Source: Roseibacillus sp. | GTDB lineage: Bacteria > Verrucomicrobiota > Verrucomicrobiia > Verrucomicrobiales > Akkermansiaceae | Assembly: GCA_051251855.1 (NCBI GenBank) | Contig: JBPOGI010000006.1 | Coordinates: forward strand, 192,001 to 256,000 | Reading direction: 5' to 3' | DNA length: 64,000 nucleotides | Shown: in pieces, positions 1 to 10,630 of the stretch | Numbering within the stretch: the stretch's first letter is position 1 | How the letters are laid out: every line of letters begins with the position of its first letter | Translations under genes and position numbers: made by a program | The notes under the pieces: model-generated | What the model was told of the DNA's origin: nothing | What the model saw: only the letters and a program-made list of their open reading frames with translations | The model's database searches: none

Positions 1-1
1 C

Positions 2-1465
2 TGCGAAGGAAAGTGGCGCTTCACTTTGCAGATGCCGTCGTTGATGCCAGTCTTGCAACACGCCGATGATGATGAGTTGCGCCGCGAGCTCTGGACCGCT
101 TCCTCTCAAGTGGCGTCGAAAGGGGAGCACGACAACACGGATTTGATTTGGGAGATCGTCAAGTTGCGTCAGGAGAAGGCTGCCCTGTTAGGCTTTTCGA
201 GCTTCGCAGACCTCACCCTGCAACGTCGCATGGCGAAGGACGGAACGAGTGCGCTCAGCTTTGTGGAGGATCTGCACGATCGTATTGAGGAAGCCTTTGC
301 GAAGGAGACTGCTGAGCTAGAGGCTTACAAGGCGAAGAAGACAGCGCAACCTGAGGGGCCGATGCAACCTTGGGAAGTGGGTTATTGGTCCGAAAAGCAG
401 CGGCAAGAGCTCTATGACTTCGATGATGAGGTGCTGCGTCCCTACTTTCCGGTGCAAAATGTGATGAGTGGGATGTTCACGATTACCTCCCAGCTCTTTG
501 GAATTGAGATTGAAGAGAAAGAGTCGGCTTACTTTGATTCTCCGAGTGATGCTGCGGGGGAAGTGGCCGAGGTTTGGCATCCCGAGTGTAAATTCTACGA
601 GATTCGTGATTCATCGAACGGAGAGCATCTGGGTTCTTTCTATGCCGATTGGCACCCTCGCGAAACGAAGCGTGGAGGAGCTTGGATGAATTGTTTGGAA
701 GCAGGACTTCCTGCGCAGGATGGTGATCCTCGTCAACCTCACTTGGGGCTGATCATGGGGAATATGACCAAACCGGTCGGAGATAAGCCGGCATTGTTGA
801 CCCATCGCGAGGTAGAGACTGTTTTTCACGAGTTTGGACACCTCTTGCATCAATTGCTCTCCGATGTGCCCGTGAAGTCCCTCTCGGGAACGAACGTGCC
901 TTGGGACTTCGTAGAGTTACCTTCACAAATTATGGAGAATTTCTGTTGGGACCGTGAGTCTCTTGATTTGTTCGCTCGTCACTACGAAACGAACGAGCCT
1001 ATTCCGGAAGCGCTTTTCCAGAAGCTGATTGCGGCTCGCAACTACATGTCGGCGACGACGTGCATGAGGCAATTAGCCTTTGGAAAGCTGGACCTCGAAC
1101 TGCATGTGAATACGCCGCAGTATTTGGGACGTGATTTGGATGAAGTAGATCGCGAAATCCTTGGCGGTTACCGTCCCGTTTTGGCAACGACACCACCGAG
1201 TCGTGCTCGTAGCTTTTCTCACTTGTTCTCTTCTCCGACGGGCTACGCGGCAGGCTACTATTCCTACAAGTGGGCCGAGGTATTGGATGCTGATGCCTTC
1301 ACGCGCTTTCAAAAAGAAGGGGTCATGAACGAGGCAACTGGCCGTGCTTTCCGAGAAAGTGTTCTTTCGAAAGGAAATTCTCGTCCTGTGGATGAGTCCT
1401 TCCGTGAGTTCATGGGCCGCGACCCCGACCTCACGGCACTGATGGTGCGCAGTGGCTTGGCGTAG
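2..1465 (+). CDS. prlC: M3 family oligopeptidase A (5' truncated by the window edge)
   Basis: HEFGH zinc motif, [28 protein letters not shown] and FMGRDP at the C-terminus; the frame is open back to the window start. Confidence 0.92.
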   Translation, partial: CEGKWRFTLQMPSLMPVLQHADDDELRRELWTASSQVASKGEHDNTDLIWEIVKLRQEKAALLGFSSFADLTLQRRMAKDGTSALSFVEDLHDRIEEAFAKETAELEAYKAKKTAQPEGPMQPWEVGYWSEKQRQELYDFDDEVLRPYFPVQNVMSGMFTITSQLFGIEIEEKESAYFDSPSDAAGEVAEVWHPECKFYEIRDSSNGEHLGSFYADWHPRETKRGGAWMNCLEAGLPAQDGDPRQPHLGLIMGNMTKPVGDKPALLTHREVETVFHEFGHLLHQLLSDVPVKSLSGTNVPWDFVELPSQIMENFCWDRESLDLFARHYETNEPIPEALFQKLIAARNYMSATTCMRQLAFGKLDLELHVNTPQYLGRDLDEVDREILGGYRPVLATTPPSRARSFSHLFSSPTGYAAGYYSYKWAEVLDADAFTRFQKEGVMNEATGRAFRESVLSKGNSRPVDESFREFMGRDPDLTALMVRSGLA

Positions 1466-1509
1466 TCATCGTCTTGCCAAGGCCTCGTAAAAGACTTATC
1501 AACTGAGGA

Positions 1510-3072
1510 GTGAGGAATTTCTTTCTTCTCGTTTCGCATCTCTTGCTATTCGGCTTGGCGTATTTTTGCGCGCTCGGTTCTGGTAGTGAGCATTCGGCTC
1601 CGGCGAGCAATCGGGTCGCGAGTAAGAGCCGGTCAAGCGTCGATGAAGCGAGAGCAAAGACTCAAATCCTTCTCGCGCAAGATCCCAAAAAGAAGGAGTC
1701 AGAGCGATTGAGTTCCAAGTGGGACTGGAAGCCAGTCGTGAAGACTCTTCCCCCCGTGCAGAATTATCAGCAGGATGTAAGGGCGTTTCTTCGCGGTCTC
1801 CCCGACGGAATTGGCGGGATGAATTCGGGTGAATTCACGAAGTATCTCCAAAAGGTGGGCTGGTTCGAGGTGCCTGATAGAACGTTGGATGCCATTGCTG
1901 TTTTTCGTGCTCATCTCTATCGCTTCATGTTGGCAGAGCCGAGAGCATGCCTCGCCTTTCTAAAAGGGGAGTTTCCTGAGGATGAACAGGATAGTCACTA
2001 TCTGACCAATACAGTGCTTCATGCTGCGGCATTCGAGTTGTTTCAATCGGGTGGGGATCTTTCTTGGATGTCTGGGCTCAGTGCAGGTTTCGAGAATGGT
2101 CTGGCCGCAAATCGAATTCACTCGGGCGAACCCTTCGAGGAAGTGATTGCTAGTAGTCGTCTTTCTGGGGAATTGAAGGCTTCGGATTACGCAGGCTCTC
2201 TCTCTTTCGGAGATCGCGATATTCTCCTTGATGAGATGCTCGATGGGTTTGCCCTTCTGCAGGGAAACGGGGTGGCTTCGTACAACAATCCGGCATCTGA
2301 CCTCGCTGATTTTCTCGAGAATGAGAAGCATGAACCCAAGGCTGTTTCAGCGTGGATTCGAGAAGTCTTTGCAGGCGAGCAATTGGATTCTAAAAACAAG
2401 AAAGAGGGCGTCACGATGGTCGTTGACAAGTGGGTGCGCTCCAATACCGAGCTTTCTCTCGAAGACAGGGCGAAGATTCTCGAGACAATCGGCAAAGGGG
2501 GCGATGACCCCTACGCTCGCATCGCCGCCGAGGATGTTGTTTCTGTTTTAGAGGAGGGTCGGGATTGGAGGTATGAAGTTCGACAAGGCTACGCGACTCC
2601 TTTGCAAGTTTGGAACGATCTGCAAGCGCAGCTTCCCGAATTGATGGCGAGCGAGAAAGGTAAGCGCGGCGCTCGTCTCAAACTCTTTCGCGAGCTGGTC
2701 ACGCAGGACCCAGTTGCTTCACAGGAGCTCTTGGCTTCGCTGTCTGAGGCCGATGCTCGGGAGGCTCTCTTCAAATATGGAGTGGGAGTCTTTTACGACG
2801 AAGAGCCAGAAAAATTTCTCACTTATACCGAGACACTGCCTGTTCCTAAAACTGAGGATGAGAAGAACCAACTTGCGCGGGCATGGAGGAACTATTCTTG
2901 GAACGCCTTTCGTTATCGAGGAGAAGATTATGTGCAGTGGGTTAAGGAGATGCCTTTGGGGTCGGCGCGGGATGCCGCCGTGAAGACTATGCTGAAGGTG
3001 GCGATCGAAAGAGATCCAGCTGAAGGTCAGAGTTTGAGACTGGAATTCGAAAGGGAGGAAAGCCAGCCATGA
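1510..3072 (+). CDS. Hypothetical membrane-anchored or secreted helical protein
   Basis: 520-aa ORF, GTG start after GAGGAG, hydrophobic N-terminus; its stop overlaps the next start (ATGA). Confidence 0.75.
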   Translation: MRNFFLLVSHLLLFGLAYFCALGSGSEHSAPASNRVASKSRSSVDEARAKTQILLAQDPKKKESERLSSKWDWKPVVKTLPPVQNYQQDVRAFLRGLPDGIGGMNSGEFTKYLQKVGWFEVPDRTLDAIAVFRAHLYRFMLAEPRACLAFLKGEFPEDEQDSHYLTNTVLHAAAFELFQSGGDLSWMSGLSAGFENGLAANRIHSGEPFEEVIASSRLSGELKASDYAGSLSFGDRDILLDEMLDGFALLQGNGVASYNNPASDLADFLENEKHEPKAVSAWIREVFAGEQLDSKNKKEGVTMVVDKWVRSNTELSLEDRAKILETIGKGGDDPYARIAAEDVVSVLEEGRDWRYEVRQGYATPLQVWNDLQAQLPELMASEKGKRGARLKLFRELVTQDPVASQELLASLSEADAREALFKYGVGVFYDEEPEKFLTYTETLPVPKTEDEKNQLARAWRNYSWNAFRYRGEDYVQWVKEMPLGSARDAAVKTMLKVAIERDPAEGQSLRLEFEREESQP

Positions 3073-4361
3073 AAATTCGGTTTCCTCTCGTAGTCAGTCA
3101 CTGCGCTGCGATTGCGTTGGGGGTCGCGCTCGCGATGAGCAAAAATGCGAAGGCTCCAAGTTCATCGAAAACGACTTTTGCTGAGGCTACCCCTGAATCT
3201 CTTCGTCAAAACGAGACTCCCAGTCCGTCGCCTGTCGAAACAGGGGGAGTTGAAAGAAGAGAGGGAGGCAATTTTTCATCACAGAATTTTCAGTGGGCAT
3301 ACTCTCGCTTGGCCGAAGGAAAATTGACGGGTGCCGAACGCCATGCAATTCGGGTGCGGCTTTTTACTGAGTGGGCAAAGGTAGATTTGAAAGCGGCTTT
3401 GGCTGCAGCCCTTGCAGAACCATGGGATCAAATCAGCGACTATAATGGCTTCAATGAAAATTTCGTTCGCGATGTCTTTGGAAAGGTGTTCGTGAATGAC
3501 CCAAAGGGGAGCTGGGAAGTCCTCCAGTCAGGAGACTTGGGAGTGGGAGCCTCTCGGATTCGAGGGGATTGGTATGAGCTTGTGGGGCGAAAGAATCCCG
3601 TGTTTGTCGCCGAAAGGTTGCGTGAGCTGACCCCGAGGGACCGAGAGATTCTTCTGAGAACTCTCACCGGGAGTTCTGGGGCTCCCGAGGTTTTGAAGGC
3701 ACTGTTAGCCATGCCACCAGAGCTCGTCCCTATTGAGCGAATTTTTCAGAACTCGAAACTCCCATCGATGGTCGAGAGCGAGAAGAGCTTGGAGGGGATT
3801 ACCGATTTTGAGAGTCGTGAGAGTCGTCTCGCTCTCATGAATTACGGAGCGAATCTTAAAGAGGAAATCAGCAAGCTTCCCGCCGATTCGCCGCAGCTTG
3901 TTAGTTTTTCGGAAAAAGTGGCTCAGTTCCCGAGCGAGATTCAAGGGGAGCTTCTCCATGGCATGCTCAACGACTTCAATGTCGATACGCGGAGGGTGAG
4001 AAAGTTGGGCTTGGATAAGACCACCTTTCTAATCGACCAACTCGTTGCGGGGGAGCATTGGGAATACCTTCAGAAATCCTCAACCATGATGCAGTTTCGT
4101 GGAGGCACAGAGAGGATGGTTGACGAAGATCGGGCTGCTTGGGCGACCGAGCTTCCCGTTCGTGCTGAGACAAAGCCTCTTTTCGAGGCGGGAGTGGCGG
4201 ACTATATTAAAAACAACCCCGACCTTGCCTGGGAATGGATTCAAGAATTCCCCGAGGACCATTGGCGAGATGAGGCGCTCTCGATCTACGCACGTGAGGC
4301 GCAGCGGGCGGGACGGGATGAAGATGCTCAACGAGCGCACGAACTCATTCAGAGTCCCTAG
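3069..4361 (+). CDS. Hypothetical membrane-anchored helical-repeat protein
   Basis: 430-aa ORF with an N-terminal hydrophobic segment and W-rich helical motifs (EWAKVD, AWEWIQEFP); translationally coupled to the upstream gene. Confidence 0.75.
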   Translation: MKIRFPLVVSHCAAIALGVALAMSKNAKAPSSSKTTFAEATPESLRQNETPSPSPVETGGVERREGGNFSSQNFQWAYSRLAEGKLTGAERHAIRVRLFTEWAKVDLKAALAAALAEPWDQISDYNGFNENFVRDVFGKVFVNDPKGSWEVLQSGDLGVGASRIRGDWYELVGRKNPVFVAERLRELTPRDREILLRTLTGSSGAPEVLKALLAMPPELVPIERIFQNSKLPSMVESEKSLEGITDFESRESRLALMNYGANLKEEISKLPADSPQLVSFSEKVAQFPSEIQGELLHGMLNDFNVDTRRVRKLGLDKTTFLIDQLVAGEHWEYLQKSSTMMQFRGGTERMVDEDRAAWATELPVRAETKPLFEAGVADYIKNNPDLAWEWIQEFPEDHWRDEALSIYAREAQRAGRDEDAQRAHELIQSP

Positions 4362-4366
4362 GCGGG

Positions 4367-4388
4367 GCCGGTCAAAGACCGGCACTCC
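4367..4388. repeat. REP-like palindrome between convergent genes
   Basis: GCCGGTC-AAA-GACCGGC followed by ACTCC (GGAGT foot on the minus strand); a similar foot occurs at 45889-45908. Confidence 0.55.
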
Positions 4389-4395
4389 CAGTGGG

Positions 4396-4956
4396 CTACG
4401 CGCGGCCGACGTAAGAACCGTCAGTAGTGCAAATCTTGAGAAGGTCGCCTTCTTTCACGAAGAGGGGGACTTGCACCGTGACGCCGGTCTCGAGAGTGGC
4501 GGGCTTGGTAGGGTTGTTGGCGGTGTCGCCTTTGATGCCCTCAGAAGATTCGGTGACAGTGAGTTCGACGTTCACAGGAAGGTCGATAGAGACCGCTGCG
4601 CCTTCGAGGAAGAGCACTTCGACTTCTTGGCCTTCCTTGAGGTAGTCCTTGGCGTCGCCGACGAGGGATTCGTCGAAGGTGATGGTCTCGTAGGTGCCGA
4701 GGTCCATGAAATGGAAGCCTGTAGGGTCGGCGTAGGAGAACTCGAGCTTTTGGCGGTCGGTCTCGACGATTTCCACTTTGTCAGAGGAGGCGAAACGGAT
4801 GGTTTTCTTGTTGCCGTTGTTGAAGGAGCGAATGGTGGCGGCGATGAGGGCATTGCCTTTGCCGGGGGTGCGGTGCTCGAGACCGAGGACGATTCCGCGA
4901 TCACCTTCATATTTAATACACTGCCCTTTTTTGAGATTGGTTGCGACGACTGCCAT
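4396..4956 (-). CDS. efp: Elongation factor P
   Basis: HRTPGKGNA loop, KGDTA, KPATLETG and VQVPLFV motifs; 186 aa. Confidence 0.97.
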   Translation of the reverse strand: MAVVATNLKKGQCIKYEGDRGIVLGLEHRTPGKGNALIAATIRSFNNGNKKTIRFASSDKVEIVETDRQKLEFSYADPTGFHFMDLGTYETITFDESLVGDAKDYLKEGQEVEVLFLEGAAVSIDLPVNVELTVTESSEGIKGDTANNPTKPATLETGVTVQVPLFVKEGDLLKICTTDGSYVGRA

Positions 4957-5165
4957 GGTGCTGAGGGTTGAAGGCGGAAATGTGCGACGTGAAAAGCCTA
5001 AAGTGTTGAAAGGAGGTGGATTTGTTGGAGAGAGAAGAAGGGAGAAAGGTGTTTTGGGTGCTCAAAAGGTGTTTCATTTCAGGTTCTCGGGCAGCGAATG
5101 CCTCTGCCCTGTAATCGCGATGACCATACGACCCTTGTCTTTCTTTAAGAATCGGATGCGGCGGA

Positions 5166-5195
5166 TTGACAAGGGGGGGGCGTTTGGAGCAATTT
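5166..5195 (+). promoter_or_regulatory. Possible sigma70 promoter of the pilus operon with a G8 tract in the spacer
   Basis: Perfect TTGACA at 5166-5171 and G8 at 5173-5180; only a weak -10 match about 17-18 nt downstream. Confidence 0.35.
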
Positions 5196-5260
5196 GGTAT
5201 TTCTAGCGGCGTGGAGTTTTTCTCGGCGTTGTCATTTGCCAAGCACACCTTATCTAACCC

Positions 5261-6931
5261 GTGTATTCGAATCAGGATTATCTCAGTCAATTGTTGGTAG
5301 AAGCCGGAGTGGCTTCTGCGGAAGCCGTGGAAGAAGTCAAAAAGTCGGGAGCGAGCGAGATCGTGGACCGTCTTTTGATGGATGGTGCCGTGGAAGAAGC
5401 GCAGATCACGGCTGTGATTGCTCAAAACGCCTCCATGGAGGTGGTGGACTTGTCAGAGTATGAGATTCCGGCTGATGTCGCCTCTCAGATGACCTCGGAT
5501 GTTGCCAAGCGCTTTCAGGCTGTTCCGGTTCACGATGATGGCACCCAGCTGATGGTGGCGATTGCGGACGGACTCAACTTTGAGGTTCTCGACAGTTTGC
5601 CGCATGCGGTGGGCCGCGAAATCAACCCTGTGGTGGCAAATCTTTCAGATATTCAGCGCCTCTTAGTCGATGTTTATCGCGTTGGTGGCTCAGATGAGGA
5701 CGATATTCCGGAGTTCGAGGTCCTGACCATGGAGGGTATCGAGGAGGTGAGCGAGGAAGATGCACCCATTGTGCGGATCGTGACCTCGACCTTGATGAAT
5801 GCCTTCAAGCAGAAGGCTTCTGATATTCACATCGAGCCTTTGGAGACCAGCTTGCGCGTTCGTTTCCGGATTGATGGCAAGTTGATTGAGGTCGAAAATC
5901 ATCCCAAGAAGCTTTTGCCTGCAGTGGTGGCTCGTTTGAAGGTGATGTCGGGCGCGATGAGTATCGCGGAGAAGCGGCTACCGCAGGATGGTCGAATTCA
6001 GATGCGGATTGCTGGTAAATCGGTTGACCTCCGGGTCTCGACGGTGCCTTCCAACCATGGAGAGAGCGTCGTCATGCGTATTTTGGACAAGTCGGCGCTG
6101 ACCTTGGGTCTGCCGACTTTGGGGTTCTTGTCTGATGACGAAGCGACCTTTAAGGAGATGCTGGCGTTGCCGGATGGTATTCTCTTGGTAACCGGTCCGA
6201 CCGGTTCCGGAAAGACGACCACGCTCTATGCTTGTTTGAATGAAATCAACAAGCCAGATAAGAAGATCATTACGGTGGAAGACCCGGTCGAGTATCAGCT
6301 TGCGGGAATTAATCAGGTGATGGTGAAGACTGATATCGGTATGACTTTTGCGGCGGCACTGCGTTCCATGCTGCGTCAGGCTCCCAACATCATCATGGTA
6401 GGAGAGATTCGAGATAAGGAAACGGCGACGATCGCGATGAACGCGTCTCTCACGGGTCACCTTGTTTTCTCTACCCTCCACACCAATGACTCGACCGCAA
6501 CAGTCGCTCGATTGGCAGATATGGGGATTAAGCGCTTCTTGATTGCTTCAGCGGTACGGGCGGTATTGGCCCAGCGACTTGTTCGTCACCTTTGTCCTTC
6601 TTGTAAGGCTCCAGTGCCTCTGACTGAGCGTGAGATGCGTATTTTGGGAATGGACCCAGACCGCGCTTCGACGGCCGATATTCTTGGTCCCCAAGGTTGC
6701 GAGAAATGCCGCGGTGGTGGATACAAGGGCCGAAAAGGTATCTTCGAAATTTTCAAAGTGGATGATGAGGTTCGCAATATGATTAACGATGACCTCAGTA
6801 GTCCTGAACTGCGGAAGCGTGCTCGCGAGCTCGGAATGCGGACGATGCGGGAGGACGGTATCCGGAAGGTGCTGGGAGGAATGACCTCTGCGGAGGAAGT
6901 CATTCGGGTCACGATGGCAGATGAGAACTAA
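5261..6931 (+). CDS. pilB: GspE/PilB type IV pilus or T2SS assembly ATPase (copy 1)
   Basis: ASDIHIEP, GPTGSGKTTT Walker A, EDPVEY, LRQAPN, STLHTND and two CxxC motifs. Confidence 0.92.
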   Translation: MYSNQDYLSQLLVEAGVASAEAVEEVKKSGASEIVDRLLMDGAVEEAQITAVIAQNASMEVVDLSEYEIPADVASQMTSDVAKRFQAVPVHDDGTQLMVAIADGLNFEVLDSLPHAVGREINPVVANLSDIQRLLVDVYRVGGSDEDDIPEFEVLTMEGIEEVSEEDAPIVRIVTSTLMNAFKQKASDIHIEPLETSLRVRFRIDGKLIEVENHPKKLLPAVVARLKVMSGAMSIAEKRLPQDGRIQMRIAGKSVDLRVSTVPSNHGESVVMRILDKSALTLGLPTLGFLSDDEATFKEMLALPDGILLVTGPTGSGKTTTLYACLNEINKPDKKIITVEDPVEYQLAGINQVMVKTDIGMTFAAALRSMLRQAPNIIMVGEIRDKETATIAMNASLTGHLVFSTLHTNDSTATVARLADMGIKRFLIASAVRAVLAQRLVRHLCPSCKAPVPLTEREMRILGMDPDRASTADILGPQGCEKCRGGGYKGRKGIFEIFKVDDEVRNMINDDLSSPELRKRARELGMRTMREDGIRKVLGGMTSAEEVIRVTMADEN

Positions 6932-6957
6932 GAACGAATTTTTACGAACACCAAGAC

Positions 6958-8631
6958 ATGGATAACAATCAAGTCATCGAACTTTTTCAAAACCGCGGCA
7001 TGTTGGAGCCGGGTTTGCAGGCCGAACTCAAAAGCCAATTGGAGACGAGTGGTAAGGAAATCTCGGAGCTCCTCACGGACTATGACGTTCTGGGTAACAA
7101 GGAGGATATCTGGCCTATTATTGCGCAGGAATTGGGCGCGGAGCTCTTTGACCTGAGCACTTACATTCCCCCTCGCCAGGTGCTGTCAATGGTGCCAGCT
7201 GGTTTAGCGCGACTTCATGGCGCGTTGCCACTCAAGGTGGATGAAAATGGCCTCACTGTTGCGCTTTCCGATCCTTTCAACCCTCAGACGCTAGAGGATT
7301 TACGTTTTGCGCTGGGTCAGAGTGTTAATCAGGTGATTGCACCAACGGAGCTGATTGAAGCGAAAATTACCACTCTCTACGCAGGCGACCAATCGGATGC
7401 CATGTCTGAGGTTTTGGGTCAATTGGATGCCGAGTTCAGTGGCAAATCCGCGAGCGAGCTCGAGGATGAGTCCAATGCGGCACCCATCATTCGTTATGTC
7501 GACTTGGTTCTTTATCAGGCGATTCGTGAGAAGGCATCAGACATTCACTTTGAGCCTTTCGAAGCCGATTTCCAGATTCGTTATCGGGTGGATGGTGCTC
7601 TTTATGCAATGGATCCGCCACCAGCGCACTTGGCTCTTTCGATCATTTCACGTGTGAAGGTGATGGCTAACCTAAACATTGCTGAGAAGCGAGTACCTCA
7701 GGATGGACGCATTGTGAAGAAAGTGGGGGACCACCACGTTGATATGCGTGTTTCTTCTCTCCCGACCACTCACGGTGAGAGTGTGGTATTGCGGGTTTTG
7801 GATAGTTCTTCGGTCAATCTTGATTTGGAGGCTCTGAGTCTACCGGAAGAGATCGACACCTATATTCGTGAAACGATTGAGAAACCAAACGGCATTTTCG
7901 TGGTCACCGGACCGACGGGAGCGGGAAAGACAACCACCCTTTACGCGGCTCTGCGTCAGATTAACCGTATTGATACGAAGCTTTTGACGGCAGAGGACCC
8001 AGTCGAGTACGACGTGGATGGAATTATCCAAATTCCGGTCAATGAGGCGATTGACCTCACCTTTGCCCGTGTTTTGCGTGCCTTTTTGCGACAAGACCCC
8101 GACAAGATTTTGGTGGGTGAGATTCGAGATCTCGAAACAGCTCAGATTGCAATTCAAGCCTCCCTGACGGGTCACTTGGTTCTTTCAACCCTGCACACGA
8201 ATGATGCTGCAGGCGCGGTCACGCGTTTGATTGATATGGGCACAGAGCCATTCCTAGTGGCGGCCTCCCTTGAAGGGGTTCTAGCGCAACGACTGGTGCG
8301 TCGGATTTGCCCAGATTGTAAGGCGGACTATGAGCCCAATGAGGCGACAATTGCTCAATTAGGGCTTTCGGCTAACGAGCTGGGCGATAAGCGTTTTTAC
8401 ACCGGAACGGGCTGCGAAACCTGCAATGGCGGTGGCTATCGTGGTCGTCGAGGACTCTTCGAGCTTCTGAATATGTCGGATCCGATTAAGGAGCTAGTCA
8501 CGGAAAGAGCTCCTTCTGTGGTCATTAAGCACAAGGCCATCGAGCTGGGAATGAACACCCTGCGCGAAGATGGACTTCGCAATATCTATGACGGCACAAC
8601 AACGATCGAAGAGGTCCTTAAGTATACCTAA
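6958..8631 (+). CDS. pilB: GspE/PilB assembly ATPase (copy 2)
   Basis: ASDIHFEP, GPTGAGKTTT, LRQDPD, STLHTND and CxxC pairs. Confidence 0.92.
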   Translation: MDNNQVIELFQNRGMLEPGLQAELKSQLETSGKEISELLTDYDVLGNKEDIWPIIAQELGAELFDLSTYIPPRQVLSMVPAGLARLHGALPLKVDENGLTVALSDPFNPQTLEDLRFALGQSVNQVIAPTELIEAKITTLYAGDQSDAMSEVLGQLDAEFSGKSASELEDESNAAPIIRYVDLVLYQAIREKASDIHFEPFEADFQIRYRVDGALYAMDPPPAHLALSIISRVKVMANLNIAEKRVPQDGRIVKKVGDHHVDMRVSSLPTTHGESVVLRVLDSSSVNLDLEALSLPEEIDTYIRETIEKPNGIFVVTGPTGAGKTTTLYAALRQINRIDTKLLTAEDPVEYDVDGIIQIPVNEAIDLTFARVLRAFLRQDPDKILVGEIRDLETAQIAIQASLTGHLVLSTLHTNDAAGAVTRLIDMGTEPFLVAASLEGVLAQRLVRRICPDCKADYEPNEATIAQLGLSANELGDKRFYTGTGCETCNGGGYRGRRGLFELLNMSDPIKELVTERAPSVVIKHKAIELGMNTLREDGLRNIYDGTTTIEEVLKYT

Positions 8632-8709
8632 GCGAATTTATTCACACATTCCCGTAATGGCGGCTTGCACCGTCCCCGACTCTCAAGCTACAAATTAATT
8701 AGAAACGAC

Positions 8710-9984
8710 ATGGCAAATTTTCAGTATATCGCGCTCGATGCCTCGGGCCAGCAACATGAAGGAGCAATTGAAGCTGGAACGCGCGAAGAAGCGATTCAGC
8801 AACTGCAAGGCCAAGGCCTCTATCCTACTAAGGTGGGTGAAAGTGGTAAGAAATCGAAAGGCAAGAAAGGGGCGAAGCCTGCTGCTGCCGCAAAGAAGAC
8901 CAAGAAGGGTGAGGGAGTTGGCGGTAAGTTGAAGCCAAAAGTGCTGATGATTTTTACGCGTCAGCTGGCGACTTTGATCGATTCGGGACTTCCTCTTTTG
9001 CGTGGTCTTAATGTCCTTGCTAAGCAGGAGCCCAATCCAGTGCTTAAGGGAACCATTACTTCGCTTGCCGATTCCGTGCAGGGTGGTTCTACTTTCTCTG
9101 AGAGTCTTGCTCAGCATCCTCGTATTTTCAACAAGCTCTATGTGAACATGGTGAAAGCCGGTGAGCTGGGTGGTGTTCTGGAAGTCGTTCTCAATCGTCT
9201 TGCTGAGTATCAGGAGAAAGCTCAGAAGCTGAAAAATAAGATTGTTTCAGCTATGGTCTATCCAGTGATCGTGATGTGTATCGCGGTCTTCATTTTGACC
9301 TTCTTGATGATTTTCATCGTCCCGAAGTTTAAAGAGATGTTCCGCGACATGAACGTGGAGTTGCCACTGATTTCGAAAATCGTTTTCAATGCTTCGGGCT
9401 TCTTGATGTCGCCCACAGTTCCTTTCGTGCCCAATATCGTCTGGGTTCTGGTCATCGCAGTTCTTGCTTACATTGGTTTCAACTCTTGGGGAAATACCAA
9501 GGGTGGGCGCAAGGCCATTGATACCTTCAAGTTGAACGCGCCTCTTTTCGGAGATATCCAGCGAAAGAGCGCGATTGCTCGTTTTGCACGGACGCTGGGA
9601 ACGCTGGTGACTTCAGGTGTTCCAATTCTGCAAGCACTTAACATTACCAAGGAAACTTCCGGGAACGTGGTGGTTTCCGATGCCATTGAGAAAGTTTACG
9701 ACTCTGTTAAAGAGGGTGAGTCCATCGTGAGCCCTATGCAGGCAAGCAGTGTTTTCCCATCCATGGTTATCAGTATGGTGGACGTTGGTGAGGAGACGGG
9801 TCAACTCCCTGAAATGCTTCTCAAGATTGCCGATGTTTACGATGACGAGGTGGACAACGCGGTGACTGCATTGACCTCGATTCTCGAGCCTATCATGATT
9901 GTTTTCTTGGCAGTGGTTGTCGGTGGAATCGTTTTCGCCCTCTTCCTGCCTCTCATGAAGGTCATCCAGACCATGCAGCAGTAG
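8710..9984 (+). CDS. pilC: GspF/PilC inner-membrane platform protein
   Basis: FQYIALDASG N-terminus, FTRQLATLIDSGLPL, AGELGGVL, VGEETGQL, LEP motif and transmembrane segments. Confidence 0.93.
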   Translation: MANFQYIALDASGQQHEGAIEAGTREEAIQQLQGQGLYPTKVGESGKKSKGKKGAKPAAAAKKTKKGEGVGGKLKPKVLMIFTRQLATLIDSGLPLLRGLNVLAKQEPNPVLKGTITSLADSVQGGSTFSESLAQHPRIFNKLYVNMVKAGELGGVLEVVLNRLAEYQEKAQKLKNKIVSAMVYPVIVMCIAVFILTFLMIFIVPKFKEMFRDMNVELPLISKIVFNASGFLMSPTVPFVPNIVWVLVIAVLAYIGFNSWGNTKGGRKAIDTFKLNAPLFGDIQRKSAIARFARTLGTLVTSGVPILQALNITKETSGNVVVSDAIEKVYDSVKEGESIVSPMQASSVFPSMVISMVDVGEETGQLPEMLLKIADVYDDEVDNAVTALTSILEPIMIVFLAVVVGGIVFALFLPLMKVIQTMQQ

Positions 9985-10005
9985 TTGGAACTTGAACCCA
10001 GAACT

Positions 10006-10557
10006 ATGAAACTCACGCAACATTCTCTTGGCGCTCGACAGCGAGGTTTTACCCTCGTGGAAATTCTGACGGTAGTCACCATCATGGTTGTCCTCATGGG
10101 GATGGTCATGGGGATTGGACGCTGGGCGATGTTGAATTCTCAAATTGAGAAGTGTCGCGTGCAGGTCAAATTGTTCGAGAACAAGCTGCAGGAGTATGAG
10201 GCAGACAATGGTGAATTCCCTCCTGGTGATGGAACTAACCGAAGCTCTATGGAACTTTACACCGCTCTCTACGAGATCGGTATCCAGAACGATAGCAAGG
10301 TTTACATGCCGGAGCTGGATCCTGATCATAGCGACCAGTTCAGCCGCAAGATTAAGAACGGCCTCATCCTTGATCCCTTCAAGCATAAGAAGCCATATTT
10401 CTACATGCGCGGAGTCGATGAGAACGGCGAGGAAAGTTCCGAGTCTTACAATCCCGATTTCGATATTTGGTCGCTAGGTCCTAACGGAGTTGGTCGCGGT
10501 GATGGCGGCTCGAGTGACGAAGATCTGGACGACGATATCAATAATTGGAGCTCTTAA
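10006..10557 (+). CDS. Type IV pilin / GspG-like pseudopilin
   Basis: Class III signal RQRG|FTLVE with a hydrophobic helix; DPF..Y and DIWSLGPNG GspG-type motifs. Confidence 0.9.
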   Translation: MKLTQHSLGARQRGFTLVEILTVVTIMVVLMGMVMGIGRWAMLNSQIEKCRVQVKLFENKLQEYEADNGEFPPGDGTNRSSMELYTALYEIGIQNDSKVYMPELDPDHSDQFSRKIKNGLILDPFKHKKPYFYMRGVDENGEESSESYNPDFDIWSLGPNGVGRGDGGSSDEDLDDDINNWSS

Positions 10558-10630
10558 GTTTTCGACGGGATTCGCTTCAAAGCCTCGGTTTCATCCGAAA
10601 ATTGGGTGAACTCGAGTTGTAGTTTTGACT

